Of a stretch of 64,000 bases of DNA, positions 25,149 through 38,901 are shown piece by piece (position 1 is the first letter of the stretch; the number at the start of each line of letters is the position of its first letter). Made by a program: the position numbers and the translations under genes. The stretch comes from Eledone cirrhosa. Taxonomy: Eukaryota. The stretch spans positions 23,870,001-23,934,000 of the forward strand of contig OZ024753.1 in assembly GCA_964016885.1 (NCBI GenBank). The letters run 5' to 3'. Below the pieces are notes generated by a model, which saw nothing but the letters and a program-made list of their open reading frames with translations, had not been told where the DNA came from and did not search any database.

Positions 25149-25684
25149 CTCATTGTCGAGTGCTTGATTCCGTCTCCTTCACAAACACCTAGATATTTGT
25201 AAGTTTTTTCTTGATCAAGTTCTCTTATCACGTTCCCCCCGATCAAGATTAATGTCTGAACTCTTCAGCAGCTTTCCTCTGGTGAACGTTGCTTTGGCGC
25301 ATTTATCTAGTCCAAACTCCATTTTAATGTCATCACTGAATTGCTTCACAGTGGATAATAGCCCTTGCAATTGTTCATCATTTTTTGCAAATAGTTTCAG
25401 GTCATCCATGTAGAACAGGGGATTAATGGTTTTGTCATAGACTTTATATCCATGTTTTGTTTCATTGAGCATTTTACCTAATGGTATAAGTGCGATGCAG
25501 AATAAAAGCGGTGATAAAGAGTCACCCTGAAAAATTCCACAATTAATATTAACTTTTCCAGCTTCCAGTGATTTTGTTTCACTATTCAAAAGGAGTGTCG
25601 TTTTCCATGTCATCATACTGAATGACAAAAACCTCCTGACAACGGGGGATATTTTGAAAATCTCTAAACATTTTTCAATCCAAC
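25149..25684 (-). mobile_element. R4/Dong-like family A, internal RT fragment
   Basis: [17 protein letters not shown]; near-identical to ~33757-34292. Confidence 0.9.
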
Positions 25685-25715
<31 letters not shown>

Positions 25716-25723
25716 GTTGTTAT

Positions 25724-26303
25724 TCCTTGAATCTCAGTCATTGATGTTGGTTAACTGGAAAGTCCGTTGGATTGAATATCAAGCCACTACCTGCAGCCTC
25801 AGATATTCAGGACGTATCGGAGGGTTCTTGCTGTTCCAAGCAAGCATGCCTTTTGAAGCGTTCCAAAAAGCGTGAAGGGGCCGATTTTCTTTAACCATCC
25901 CTGGAAACTTTTGGAGATAGTCCCCAGTGCGCCTATGACAATCGGGATCACTTTGACTTCATGGCAGTTCCAAATCCTTTTCACCTCCCACTTTAGGTCC
26001 TGGTATCGGTTAATTTTCTCCCTCTCCTTCTCTTGCACTCTCGTGTCGAACGGGCAGGCCACATCCACAATCAGGCACGATCTTTTTTCTTTGTCCACAA
26101 CCACCAGGTCAGGTCTATTGTGTTCCAGTTTTTTGTCCGTCTGTATCCTAAAATCCCACAGCACCTTCACCTGATTGTTCTCCATCACCGCCTCTCGCCT
26201 ATGCTCATACCATTTCTCAGAATGTGGTAGATTGTTTACTTTGCACAGGTGCCAGTGGATCACCCTGCCCATCACACCGTGTCTCCAGCCCTTATAGTGG
26301 GTC

Positions 26304-26304
<1 letters not shown>
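25724..26304 (-). mobile_element. R4/Dong-like family B, 3' fragment (RLE domain)
   Basis: [19 protein letters not shown]; matches 42161-42740; (TTA)n on both sides. Confidence 0.92.
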
Positions 26305-26377
<73 letters not shown>

Positions 26378-26393
26378 CATTATTATTACTATT

Positions 26394-27119
26394 GGCGACC
26401 TACGTAGCAAATCGTATCATCGTGAGCTCCGCAAAGGGTTGTTATTTCCGTTTGTTAAAAATTGCCATTTATGGAAAATTTTATTGTTAACTGTATATAA
26501 GCGCACATACATTGTTTTCCGAAAAGACACCCAAAAAGGTTGGGGCCTTGTGCCCAAAATTTTAACATTTATAATTATCAAAAAAAATTTCTTTGAAAAA
26601 AAACATGGAAGTCTCACAGCCACACGAAGCTGACAGCCTTCCTCATAAACTAACACCTCACACCGACACCACCATTGTAAATATTACTACGTTTGCCAAC
26701 ACAAAAAAATTAAGCAGTAGCAATATTTTAAATTTGTCTCAGGCAGACAATCATTTCCCGCCATTACCAATGACTGCAGGTGTTAAAGCCGCCACCACCA
26801 CCACCGCGACAACCACCACTCCCACCACCACCGCAACAACAGAAACAAAAGAAGAAAAAAATAAATTAACTCGTGATGTCGAAATGAATTCAACCAAAAT
26901 GGACTCTTCCACACCGAACACCACTGACGTCACCACCACCACAACTGAAACTTAAATTAATAATAACAAAAATAACGATAACAACAACAGCAACAATGAC
27001 ATTAAAAAAACCACCCTGAGTTTTGCCAGAGTAGCAAAACAGTGCGAAGCATTTCAGGTAACACAGGAGGAATTAGAAAATGCCAAAAAAATGGTAAAGA
27101 AAGATGGGTACAGGGTCAG

Positions 27120-27150
<31 letters not shown>

Positions 27151-30100
27151 CTAATAAAATGGAGCATCGGCGCCTATGCACCGTGTCGTATCGAACAATT
27201 AATGTAAAATCGCGCCGAGTGGAACGGGCATCCGAGTCCCAAATCCAAAAAGCTTTGGGACATGTGTGGGCAAGAAAAACCCACATCAGACGTGGGCAGA
27301 AGTATGGAACCGTGGACGTGTTCTTTGAAACACCAGAGGAGGCTAGAGAAAACTCCATGACCCCATTAAGAAGTGACGACTTCACACTCGTCCCAAGCTA
27401 TTGTGGCCAGAGACTCGTAAAGATCAGGGTGACCCACGTTCCACCGGCCATCGAAATTCCCTGGCTAATAGCGGCCGTCCTCGCCGGCATCGAATCCAAC
27501 ACAAAGATAATAGTAATAGCAAAACAAAAGCAGGAAAACTGGTTTGGATCTGGGATGGAGCTCCTGATCCAAGCGGACCAAAAAAAGCATTCAGGAGATC
27601 CCAGAGGTAATAGACCTCACTGACGGCAGTCACCTAACCGTAATTGTCGAGGGCAGAAGGCCTAGGTGTGTCGTTTGTGGTGAAGGAACCCACCTAAGGG
27701 CTTTCTGCCCTCAGACTAAAAGGTTGAGGCCACCTCTCCTACCCACCCCAGTGACTCAACCATCAACACAACCAGTAGCAGAGATGGCAACAACAACTGT
27801 AGCAGCAACAACAGAAGCAACTATAACAGCAACAACCCCAGCAACAGTAGCAAAACCAACACCACCACCACCCAACGCTTCAGAACTAGCACCAACGCCT
27901 ACACTATCCACCACGACACAACCAAAACTAACGCCTGTGGAGGATTTTCCACTCCCCGGCCTATCACAACTGGAGACAGATTGTGACGACGAGGAGTAGG
28001 AAACGGTATCAGGAAAAAAGAAAAGAAGAAACCAAAAAAGAAAAAATTCTCTTCCTTCCCCCTCCAAAAACAAAATAAAGAGGGAAACAAATAAATTAAC
28101 AAACAAAAAAGGTAGGACAGATATGCCACCATCCACACCATCATCACCAACCCCATCACCCCAAACACCAACACCATCACCATCATTAACCCCAACACCA
28201 CAATCACCTACACCACAAAAGTCACCAAAATGCGAAACAGAAACAAGCCCACAACAAACAAAAACAAAACCAAACAACCAAAACGATACACACTACACAA
28301 CATTAAATTTGAACAACAACCAATTATTACACTACATCCAACACAACACCAGCATCACAGAAAAAGACTACACAACAACCCAAAATTCACACCACCTACA
28401 CACATACAAATCACTCGCATCACACAGAAAACGTACATGACACTAAAATAAAAATTCCCCAAAGACATCGGAGACTTCCGACAAGCACTCTCCAGGAGGA
28501 TTTATAAGGACATCCTTCCTGAGGAAGCCACAAGCAGTGAAAAGGATGGAAAAACCGTCCTTCCTCTACGAGAAGTAAGGTAAGTGGTCTTTCCCATCTT
28601 TTCCACTCCATTTCAACATGACCTCACTCAGAATAGGCAGCATAAATGCGCGTGGCTTGGGGTCGTCATGGAAGCAGGGCCACCTGCTCAACGACCTCAG
28701 GTCACTAAACATAGATGCAGTGGCCATCAGCGAGACCAGAATCTCCGAAGCACGGGCCTTCGCACCGATCTTCGGCGGCTACGATGTGTACGCATCTCCC
28801 AGCCGTCCGGGATCGGGGGTGGAGTTGCTGTGCTTTTTCGGAGAGGTTTGGATCTTGCCATACGGGCCATCTTCCTGGACCCAGAAGGTAAGTTGGTGGT
28901 GCTGGACGTGACCAGCGGAGACGGGCAAGATTTCAGGTTAGTGGCCGTCTATGCCCCGACATGAGCAGGGCGGCCTGATTTCTTCCGGCGTCTGGAGAAC
29001 TTTCTTGGAACGTCCCGCTCTTTAGTGTTAGTGGGCGACTGGAACGGGATCTTAGATGCACGCTGGGACTGTGTGGGATTAGTGGATAGGGGAGGAGGGT
29101 GCAAGAGTCTCACCAACCTGCTCAGGCGTTTTGAACTGTCTGACAGGTACCGATTGGATTTCCCGAATGTACCAATGTGGACTTGGACAAATCGCATAGG
29201 GTCATCCAGATAATATCTAGATAGAGTATTTTGTAGGGAAATAGATAGGTCTAGCATAGGCTGTCCACAATTCAATTTAGTCAGCTACACGGACCACAAA
29301 TTCGTGATCTGTGTGCTTGACTAGATAGGCTTCATAGACGAGGACCCGGCTACTGGAAGCTAAACGCGTCCTTACCAGTGCGCAAGGCCTACAGAGACCG
29401 GATTAGCGAACTAGTTAAGCGGGCGTTGACGGGGGCCATCGTCAACAACAAGTGGTGGTTTGCTCTGAAAAGAGCAATTAGAATAGAGTCCATTAGGTTT
29501 AGTAAGGCTTTATCAATAGAGAAAAATAGAGCAGAGGGAGAATTAGTTAGAAAATTAGACGAGGCGCTTTGCAAAGGCATCGCGACCGACGTACTTGCGG
29601 CGAAATTGGCCCTTGACCAATTCTTCAATGCAAAGCACGAAGGCTGCGTTGTCAGAGCTAGGGTGCGTGCTCTCAGACACGAGGGGACGAAAGCCGTTCA
29701 ATGGGCCCGAGTGGCGGAGGCGCGTCGTGGCAACAAAGCCACGATCCGGTCTTTGGTGGACCAGGACGGGCGCATGCTACTCGATCCCGGGAAAATGTGT
29801 GAAGCTTTTCAGCGACACTTCGCTCAACTGTTCGGGGGCAGCGGCGGGCCGGATCGAGGGATGGACTTTAGTGTCTACCTCGACGGGCTGCCGCGATTCT
29901 CGGCCACTGAGGCGGAGTGTTGCGAAAAGCCGATAACAGCCGCTGAAGTACGGGAGGCAATGACTGGCTGCACAAGGGGTAAATCGCCTGGTTTGGATGG
30001 TCTGCCCTATGAACTTTACGACAAATGCCAGACTTGTTCGGAGGCCTCTTGGCGGACGTCTACTGCAACTGGCAACAGAACGGGAGAATTCCCAGCTCTG

Positions 30101-32265
30101 TGAGCCGAGGAGCGGTGGCGCTGCTGAGAAAGGATCCGAACAAGGGGGATAACATAGATAATTTTAGGCCCATAACACTGCTGAACACAGAGTTCAAGAT
30201 TTTGGCCAAGGTGCTAGCAAAGAGGTTGGCGCTTGTCGTTGGTGGTCTGGTGGGAGAGGCGGAGACATGCGCCATTCCCGACATATCCATCCACGACAAC
30301 CTCCACCTCATACGATACATCGTAAAGAGGGTAGCTAGGGAACCTGGCACGGGTGGGTCTTTGATAAATTTAGATCAGTCGAAAGCTTTTGATAGGGTCG
30401 ACCATCGTTACCTAGCGGCAGTCCTGAGGGCGGCTGGCTTTGGGCCCGTCTTCAGAGGCTGGATCGCTGCCATGCACAGCGACATCTGCTCTGTGGTGAG
30501 AGTGAACGGTCACCTTTCGGAACCGTTCAACATCGTGCGCTCGGTCCGCCAAGGATGTCCCCTCTCGTCCCTCTTGTACGTATTGACTCTCGAGCCATTA
30601 CTGCACAAACTGGAGACGTTGAGGGGGTCCCGCGCGAACTAGGATGCGGAAGATCCGTGTCAGCATATGCGGACGATGTCACCGTAGTGGTGTCGAACGC
30701 CAAACACATCGAGGTGATCGGCACTTCACTAAGAGAATACGAAGCGGTGACAGGAGCAATGATCAACCAGGAAAAGTCAGTGGACCAGCAGCTCGGCACC
30801 TGGAGCGGCAGGTCCATGCCGTCTAACAGCGTCGTCGGGCGCTGGACGGACGGACCGGTTAAATTGCTAGGGATCTGGTTCGGTCCGGACCTCCAGACTG
30901 ACAAAAACTGGGACGAGGTGACGAGCAGGGTGGCTTCTCTCACCCAGAAATGGGCGGAGAGGAAGCTATCCCTGAAAGGTCGAGCGGAGGTGGCTAACGC
31001 GTACATCGCGTCCGTCATGTACTACCGCCTGACCGTCGTACCTTGTCCTAAGCCCCGCCTGACTGCGCTGGAGCGTTTGCTCTTTCGCTTTTTGTGGAAG
31101 GGACGCGCTCCGATGGTCAGGCGGTCCATCTGCTGTCAACACCCGCTACGTGGAGGGCTGGGAATGCCGTGGCTGATGATGCGCAGACACGCGCTCAAGC
31201 TGTAACATCTCCACCTCTTCCTCGAAGGTGCTCAGGTGTGGTCGCCGTTTGCTAGACGCGTCTTTCCCCAGCTCGTCTCCTTGACGGAGCTGCAGTCCTG
31301 GGTCAAGCGAAGACCGAGAGGGAGCGCTTGGAGACTGGAATGTCTTCAGGCGCTCACAGCCCTCGACCAATCGGGCAGTGTGATCGGTGGAAACTCCACC
31401 TTGGCGTTCTATAGAGGATTAGTGGAGGGGAAGTGCTACGACGTACTTGGAGAAACTCTAGGCGTCGACGAAAATCAACTAGCCAATCTCTTCGGAAGGA
31501 CTTTCGGGCCGGGGCCTATGGACAACTTCCAGAAATCCCTGGCCTGGCAGTGCTACCGAGAAGCTTTGCCTGTTCGGGATAAACTCTACAGGCATGGAGG
31601 TGCCGTCAGCCGGGCATGTCCGAGATACGCGCAGGGCGACGAAACTGTCCTGCACGCACTCGTCCAGTGTCCGAGCATTGCTGACTTGTGGGTTTATGTC
31701 GAACACCTGCTGTCACGTGTAGGACGGATCCAGCTATCAGCTGAGTCCATCGTGAGGATTGCCCCCACCCTCTTCCTTTAGCCGGGAAGGGCAGGCAGTT
31801 TTTATCTGTCTGGTGGCCATGGCGAAAGAGATAGTATGGTGGACACGTTTGAAAGGGCTGAAGACGAGCACTTACTTCTTCGGTGATGCCCTGATTAACT
31901 TTTTCAAATTTCATTTGAAAAGGAAAATCAGGGTAGAGAGGGAAGTGCTCTCTTCCCAGCATTTTGTTGAAAGATGGGTGAGAGAAGCAAGTATGGCCCG
32001 AGTGAATGGGCCTACTCTGAGTATATGTCTGTAAATTAAAGGTGGAAAACTTGGAGAGGCCAATTGCCCTGGTGGTCAGGGTCACTGTGGCCTTTTAATG
32101 GGCTTTCTCCACAAATGTCCCTCGGAAGTCTCCCCCTATTAGGGAATTCTTTTCATTGTTCTATTATTACATCCTCTGTTTCTTGTTTTTTTTTACACGC
32201 AGAAATGCCCTTTTGTACCGTCCTGTATTGTCCAGTACTGTCTACTTTGTGTAAACCCTTTTTTT
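26394..32265 (+). mobile_element. Tx1/L1-clade LINE copy 2, full length, degraded
   Basis: ORF1 26605-28583 (knuckle CVVCGEGTHLRAFC); ORF2 28618-32034 (APE, RT YADD, CCHC) with stops and frameshifts; (TTA)n flanks. Confidence 0.93.
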
Positions 32266-32303
32266 ACTGGGTAATTGCTGGCCTTGTGCCTAAAGTAGAA
32301 ACA
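32266..32303 (+). repeat. Short SINE-tail-like cassette
   Basis: ACTGGGTAATTGCTGGCCTTGTGCCTAAAGTAGAAACA; also at 36343-36392 (-) and 54180-54230 (+). Confidence 0.6.
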
Positions 32304-32340
<37 letters not shown>

Positions 32341-32341
<1 letters not shown>

Positions 32342-35300
32342 AGTTGCATTTATCTTGCTTTATGTACATACGAGTTATCACCAAGTCACAACCAGTGACC
32401 TCAAGAGACAACAAGGTCCGCCATGTTCAAGAAAGAACATACATATTCACACATGCATCTTTAGTATTTAGACTTGTGATGTACTTATATTGACAGAATC
32501 TTCCTTAGTATATGGGCAGTTCCCATTAGTACTATCTTTTGTATTTCTCCTATACGCGGGTTTCCTGGGATTTGCGATAAGTAGTCATTAGACCCCTTAG
32601 GTATCATTCCCAGAGCGCCTACAACCACTGGTATTGTTTTAGTTCTCAATTTCCACATTTTTCCAATTTCTATCTCCAGGTCCTTATACTTGCTAAATTT
32701 TTCAAATGTTTTTATAGATACATTCTTGTCTATTGGAACAGACATATCAATTAGCAGGCATACCCTCTTTTGAAAGTCCTTCAATATTATATCAGGTCTA
32801 TTTGCATCTATTTTTCGGTCTGTTTGGATGCTAAAGTTCCACAAGATTGAGATGTGATCTTTTTCAAGTATGGGAGGTGGTTGATACTCCCACCAATTCT
32901 TTTGATGGGGCAGGTCAAAATGCTTACACATTATCCAATGTATGTATTGTGCAGCTCTGTCATGCCTGTTTAGGTATTCGGTTGGAGCTATAGGACTGCA
33001 CATTGAAATTATATGGTCAATGGCCTCTGGTTGTTTTTTGCATACACGGCATAATGGGCTGCACCCATTTTTTATTATGTTGGCTTGGTAATTTTTTGTT
33101 GGCAGACACTGATCTTGTGCCGATATAATCAGTCCTTCAGTCTCCGATTTCAGTCCAGAGGATGCCAACCACTGATGGGTTAAAGTTTTGTCAACATCAG
33201 GATTGTTAGCTCGCTCTGAGGCTTTTCTTGCCATTTCTTAGCCAGTTTCTGTAGCAGTTCTTTCTTTGCAGTTACTTTTACCTGCTTTGCTTTTTCTGTG
33301 TTTTCCATTTCAGCAGTAAATGGGACTTCTGAAATTTGTAGTCCATTACTGTATCTTTGTGCATCTTTTGTAATGGAATATGATCTTTTGATGCTTTCGT
33401 GTTTCAAAACGAGTTTGATCATCCAATCATGTGATTCCCTTAGATATGTAGATAATCTAATTGTTGCAGTTTTCAACGCAATGTCTAACTGGACTAACCC
33501 ACGTCCTCCTTCTTTCCTAGGGAGATATATTCTATCAATATCTGCCTTAGGGTGATGCATTCTGTGCATGGTTAAGAATTTTCGAATTTTTGTATCGAGC
33601 CTACGGATCTCTGTGCTTGACCAGTTGATGACATTGTAACTGTAGGTTACTACTGGTATGGCAAGCGTGTTTATGGCATCGATCCTATTCCTTGCATTCA
33701 ATTCCGTTCTTAAAATTGCTCTTACTCTGCGGTAACATTCCTTCCTTATCCTTTCCCTCATTGTCGAGTACTTGATTCCGTCTCCTTCACAAACACCTAG
33801 ATTTTTGTAAGTTTTTTCTTGATCAAGTTCTCTTATCACGTTCCCCCGATCAAGATTAATGTCTGAACTCTTCAGCAGCTTTCCTCTGGTGAACGTTGCT
33901 TTGGCGCATTTATCTAGTCCAAACTCCATTTTAATGTCATCACTGAACTGCTTCACAGTGGATAATAGCCCTTGAAATTGTTCATCATTTTTTGCAAATA
34001 GTTTCAGGTCATCCATGTAGAACAGGTGATTAATGGTTTTGTCATAGACTTTATATCCATGTTTTGTTTCATTGAGCATTTTACTTAATGGTATAAGCGC
34101 GATGCAGAATAAAAGCGGTGATAAAGAGTCACCCTGAAAAATTCCACAATTAATATTAACTTCTCCAGCTTCCAGTGATTTTGTTTCACTTTTCAAAAGG
34201 AGTGTCGTTTTCCATGTCTTCATACTGAATGACAAAAACCTCCTGACAACGGGGGATATTTTGAAAATCTCTAAACATTTTTCAATCCAACTGTGTGGTA
34301 AACTATCGAATGCTTTTTTATAATCTATCCAAGCAATCGATAGATTTTTGTGTTTATTATGACAATCTTCCAGTATCATTTTGTTAACCAGAAGCTGATC
34401 CTTACAGCCATATGAGCCTCGTTTACACCCTTTCTGCTCAATGGGAAATAGGTCATTTGTTATCAGGTGGTCATATGTGTATTCAGTTAGGACTGATGTT
34501 AAAATTTTATACATTGTGGTCAAGCAAGTTATCGGTCTGTAATTTTGGGGATTGTTTGTCTCATCATTCTTCGGAAGCAGGAATGTAATGCCGTTAACTA
34601 GCCATGATGGTATCTTTTCTGGCTCCTTAACTATTTCATTGTAAAGTTGGGCTAACAGCTTATGCGACTCTGTGAAGGCGTTTATCCAAAAGTTTTGTAT
34701 TTTGTCTTTTCCTGGGGATTTCCATTTGCTGGTTTTTCTTAGAGCCAAGCGCAACTGTTCAACTGTTATATTTTCCCATGTTTGCTCCTCAAGGTGAGCT
34801 GTATCTTTCATTTGTCTGTCTATCCATGGGGCATGTATGTTATGAACTTTTTCTTCGGCCCAGATCTTTTCCCAGAATTCTTGCACTTCCTCCTTGGGTG
34901 GTATTGATTTAGCAGTTATTGTTGACTTACCAATTTTTCTGTAGAAGTTTCTTTGGTTGTTTTTGAACATATTATTGTCCTTATAGAATCTAGATCGTTT
35001 TTCAAAGCGCTTTATATGAGCAGCTTTGGCCGACACTTTTTGCTTGATTATTTCTATCAGCATGTCTATGTCACATGTTGATTTTATACTGTACTATTTT
35101 TTCAATTTTCAAAGTTTAGTTTGTTTAACATGTTGACCTACTTTATAGTTTGTTAAAATTTCTATGTCAGATTGGAGAAGGTTTATTTGGCGATTGATGT
35201 TCTCTTGCCAAGTAGATTTCTTGTGGGAATTCCTTTGTTTTTTCATCTTCACTCCACATAAGTGAGTGGTGACTTTAGCCGATGCATAATAGAGATGATT

Positions 35301-36260
35301 TAAATCAGTAATGTTTAGTTTGTTTGTGATGATAATGTTTTTGAGAATTATGTTAGTCTTGTGTATTATCTTTTGGTTCTGTTCGGAGTTCTGGATCTTA
35401 GGGAGGGTGTCTCGTTTCCCCATGTCAGATTCTTTCATTTTCATCCATTCGATCATAATTTTATCCTTCAAGTTGGCAAGTTCATTCTCATTCATTTCTT
35501 TATCATTTACGATCTCATTATTTTCATTTGGAGTTTCATCCTGAGCATGCACTCCCTCCACTTTTTCGATCCTTTCTTTAATTTGTTCTGTTGCCAGTGA
35601 TTCCGCCCCAACCCTGGGGTTCGAAGTGTTACAGTTTACCTCGTTTTCGCTGACACATGTTGCATTTTCCCTTCGCTGACTTTGTGCTAATAGCTTGATC
35701 TGATCAATTTCTATATCAGTTAGTAACTTTTTCTTACAATATTTCTTCGTATATTGGCTAGTTTGTTAGTCAATATAGCCTCTGTTTTCGGGATGTTTCT
35801 TTTTCCAGTTGATATATGTCTGTTCTGTATTCGATGTATTTGATGGGTAGTACATGGCAGTGTAGAAAGCCTCAAGGACTTCTTTATTATCTTCCCTTGA
35901 CCATTTTTCTCTCTTTTTCTTTGGATTTCTTGGTGGTGAGCATGGAGGGCCAACAGTAGGAGTATTCCGGTTATGGGAGGTCTCCAGCTCCGAAGTGATG
36001 GGAAGGTTTGAACCATTAGCTGATTTTTCGACCCCAGTCTGGTTCCTCTTTGAGGGACGCGGCCCTTTTTTACCCGGGTGACGGCCGATCCGGTATGAGA
36101 TTTTATCATTAGACATTTACTTTATTTTGTCGCGTTTTATCCTTATCCGCCAAGGGGTATCCATTTCGTGTTACCACTTCTAGAACGAGTGTCAACCAAG
36201 ACTAGAGGGGTCGTTCTCCCCTAGAGACACGGCTATTCCCCGCCGGCTGCCATCCCGGTT
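32341..36260 (-). mobile_element. R4/Dong-like (RLE) LINE family A, near full length, frameshifted
   Basis: ORF pieces 35766-36116, 35109-35561, 33180-35063 and 32485-33234: WIDYKKAFDS, YMDD, CRVC..HIISMC, RHD, RPD..D; 3' end in (TAA)n. Confidence 0.92.
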
Positions 36261-36399
36261 TTCTTTTTGTTGTTTTTTTAAATTGTTATCATGAGTGGTT
36301 CCTTAATGTGAGCATTGCGTGGCTTAAGAATGAAATTATTAATAATTGTCTCCACTCCAGGCACAAGGCCAGCAATCACCCAGTGCATTACAATAATAT

Positions 36400-37233
36400 A
36401 ATATACTTTTTGTTGTAGTTGGCTGTTATTGTTGTTGGCTATGTCGGTGGTGGTGCCGGGGCTTTTTATATTGTTGGTGAGGAAGGGGTGAGCCAGCAGT
36501 CCCATAGTTGTTGATGTTGACGTTTGGCCGGTGGCCAGGTCACTAAGTCAATCTATTTATATCTTTTGCTAGCCTCTCGTCTAGTGATACCGCCACCTTC
36601 CCCTTTCTCTCTCAAGTTAACAGGGGAATAGTGGTGGTAGCATTGAAGGAGTGGTGGCGGCGACGATGGGATAGTGGTAGCAATGATGGATGGGGTGGGG
36701 TGGTGGTAGCGGTGGCGTTGTGGTTACTGATATGTAGTATCTATGAGTTTGTGTTCGTATGTTTAATATATATTTTTATTATATTTTGTGTTGACATATT
36801 CCCGTAAAATTGGAATTAAACATTTTTTTAAAATTTGAGACAATAATAATAGTAATTATTATTATGATGCTGGTGAAATTGCCGTTATCTGGCTGTTATA
36901 TTTAGTGTGATGGGATAGGTGGTGTATCAAGTTTCTGGTGTTGGTGAAATTGCTGTTATTTGGCTGTTCTATATAGTGTAGACAGAGGGTGTTTTTTTTC
37001 TCCCATTTATAACCATTTTCTTTTTTTGAATACAAAATATATAATACAAAATTGAATATTTGAGCGATACAACAATATAATATGGATCCGAAACTTTATG
37101 GGACCTGATTCGGTGGTTTATGCAACATTTGTACTAAGAATTGTTATTTCACAATTGATTTAAATATGTTAAAAATCAAAAACTTACGGGAGCGATTTCA
37201 TGACCTTCTACCACCTCGTACGTCTTCTTCCCT
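36400..37233 (-). mobile_element. Possible decayed LINE 5' region (UTR plus Thr/Pro-rich ORF1-like sequence)
   Basis: Starts next to (TAA)n; composition resembles the Tx1 ORF1 low-complexity tracts; no diagnostic motif. Confidence 0.3.
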
Positions 37234-37250
37234 TATTATTATTATTATTA

Positions 37251-38846
37251 CACTTGCATTTATCTTGCTTTATGTTCATACGAGTTATCACCAAGTCACA
37301 ACCAGTGACCTCAAGAGACAACAAGGTCCGCCATGTTCAAGAAAGAACATACATATTCACACATGCATCTTTAGTGTTTAGACTTGTGATGTACTTATAT
37401 TGACAGAATCTTCCTTAGTATATGGGCAGTTCCCATTAGTACTATCTTTTGTATTTCTCCTATACGCGGGTTTCCTGGGATTTGCGATAAGTAATCATTA
37501 GACCCCTTAGGTATCATTCCCAGAGCGCCTACAACCACTGGTATTGTTTTAGTTCTCAATTTCCACATTTTTCCAATTTCTATCTCCAGGTCCTTATACT
37601 TGCTAAATTTTTCAAATGTTTTTATAGATACATTCTTGTCTATTGGAACAGACATATCAATTAGCAGGCATACCCTCTTTTGAAAGTCCTTCAATATTAT
37701 ATCAGGTCTATTTGCATCTATTTTTCGGTCTGTTTGGATGCTAAAGTTCCACAAGATTGAGATGTGATCTTTTTCAAGTATGGGAGGTGGTTGATGCTCC
37801 CACCAATTCTTTTGATGGGGCAGGTCAAAATGCTTACACATTATCCAATGTATGTATTGTGCAGCTCTGTCATGCCTGTTTAGGTATTCGGTTGGAGCTA
37901 TAGGACTGCACATTGAAATTATATGGTCAATGGTCTCTGGTTGTTTTTTGCATACACGGCATAATGGGCTGCACCCATTTTTTATTATGTTGGCTTGGTA
38001 ATTTTTTGTTGGCAGACACTGATATTGTGCCGATATGATCAGTCCTTCAGTCTCCGATTTCAGTCCAGAGGATGCCAACCACTGATGGGTTCAAGTTTTG
38101 TCAACATCAGGATTGTTAGCTCGCTCTGTGTATTTTCCATACAGAGGCTTTTCTTGCCATTTCTTAGCCAGTTTCTGTAGCAGTTCTTTCTTTGCAGTTA
38201 CTTTTACCTGCTTTGCTTTTTCTGTGTTTTCCATTTCAGCAGTAAATGGGACTTCTGAAATTTGTAGTCCATTACTGTATCTTTGTGCATCTTTTGTAAT
38301 GGAATATGATCTTTTGATGCTTTCGTGTTTCAAAACGAGTTTGATCATCCAATCATGTGATTCCCTTAGATATGTAGATAATCCAATTGTTGCAGTTTTC
38401 AACGCAATGTCTAACTGGATTAACCCACGTCCTCCTTCTTTCCTAGGGAGATATATTCTATCTATATCTGCTTTAGTGTGATGCATTCTGTGCATGGTTA
38501 AGAATTTTCGAATTTTTGTATCGAGCCTACGGATCTCTGTGCTTGACCAGTTGATGACATTGTAACTGTAGGTTACTACTGGTATGGCAAGCGTGTTTAT
38601 GGCATCGATCCTATTCCTTGAATTCAATTCCGTTTTTAAGATTGCTCTCACTCTGCGATAACATTCCTTCCTTATCCTTTCCCTCATTGTCGAGTGCTTG
38701 ATTCCGTCTCGTTCACAAACACCTAGATATTTGTAAGTTTTTTCTTGATCAAGTTCTCTTATCACGTTCCCCCGATCAGGATTAATGTCTGAACTCTTCA
38801 GCAGCTTTCCTCTGGTGAACGTTGCTTTGGCGCATTTATCTAGTCC
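37251..38846 (-). mobile_element. R4/Dong-like family A, 5'-truncated
   Basis: Near-identical to 32341-33920; (TTA)n on both sides. Confidence 0.93.
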
Positions 38847-38890
<44 letters not shown>

Positions 38891-38901
38891 GTTGTTGTTA
38901 T

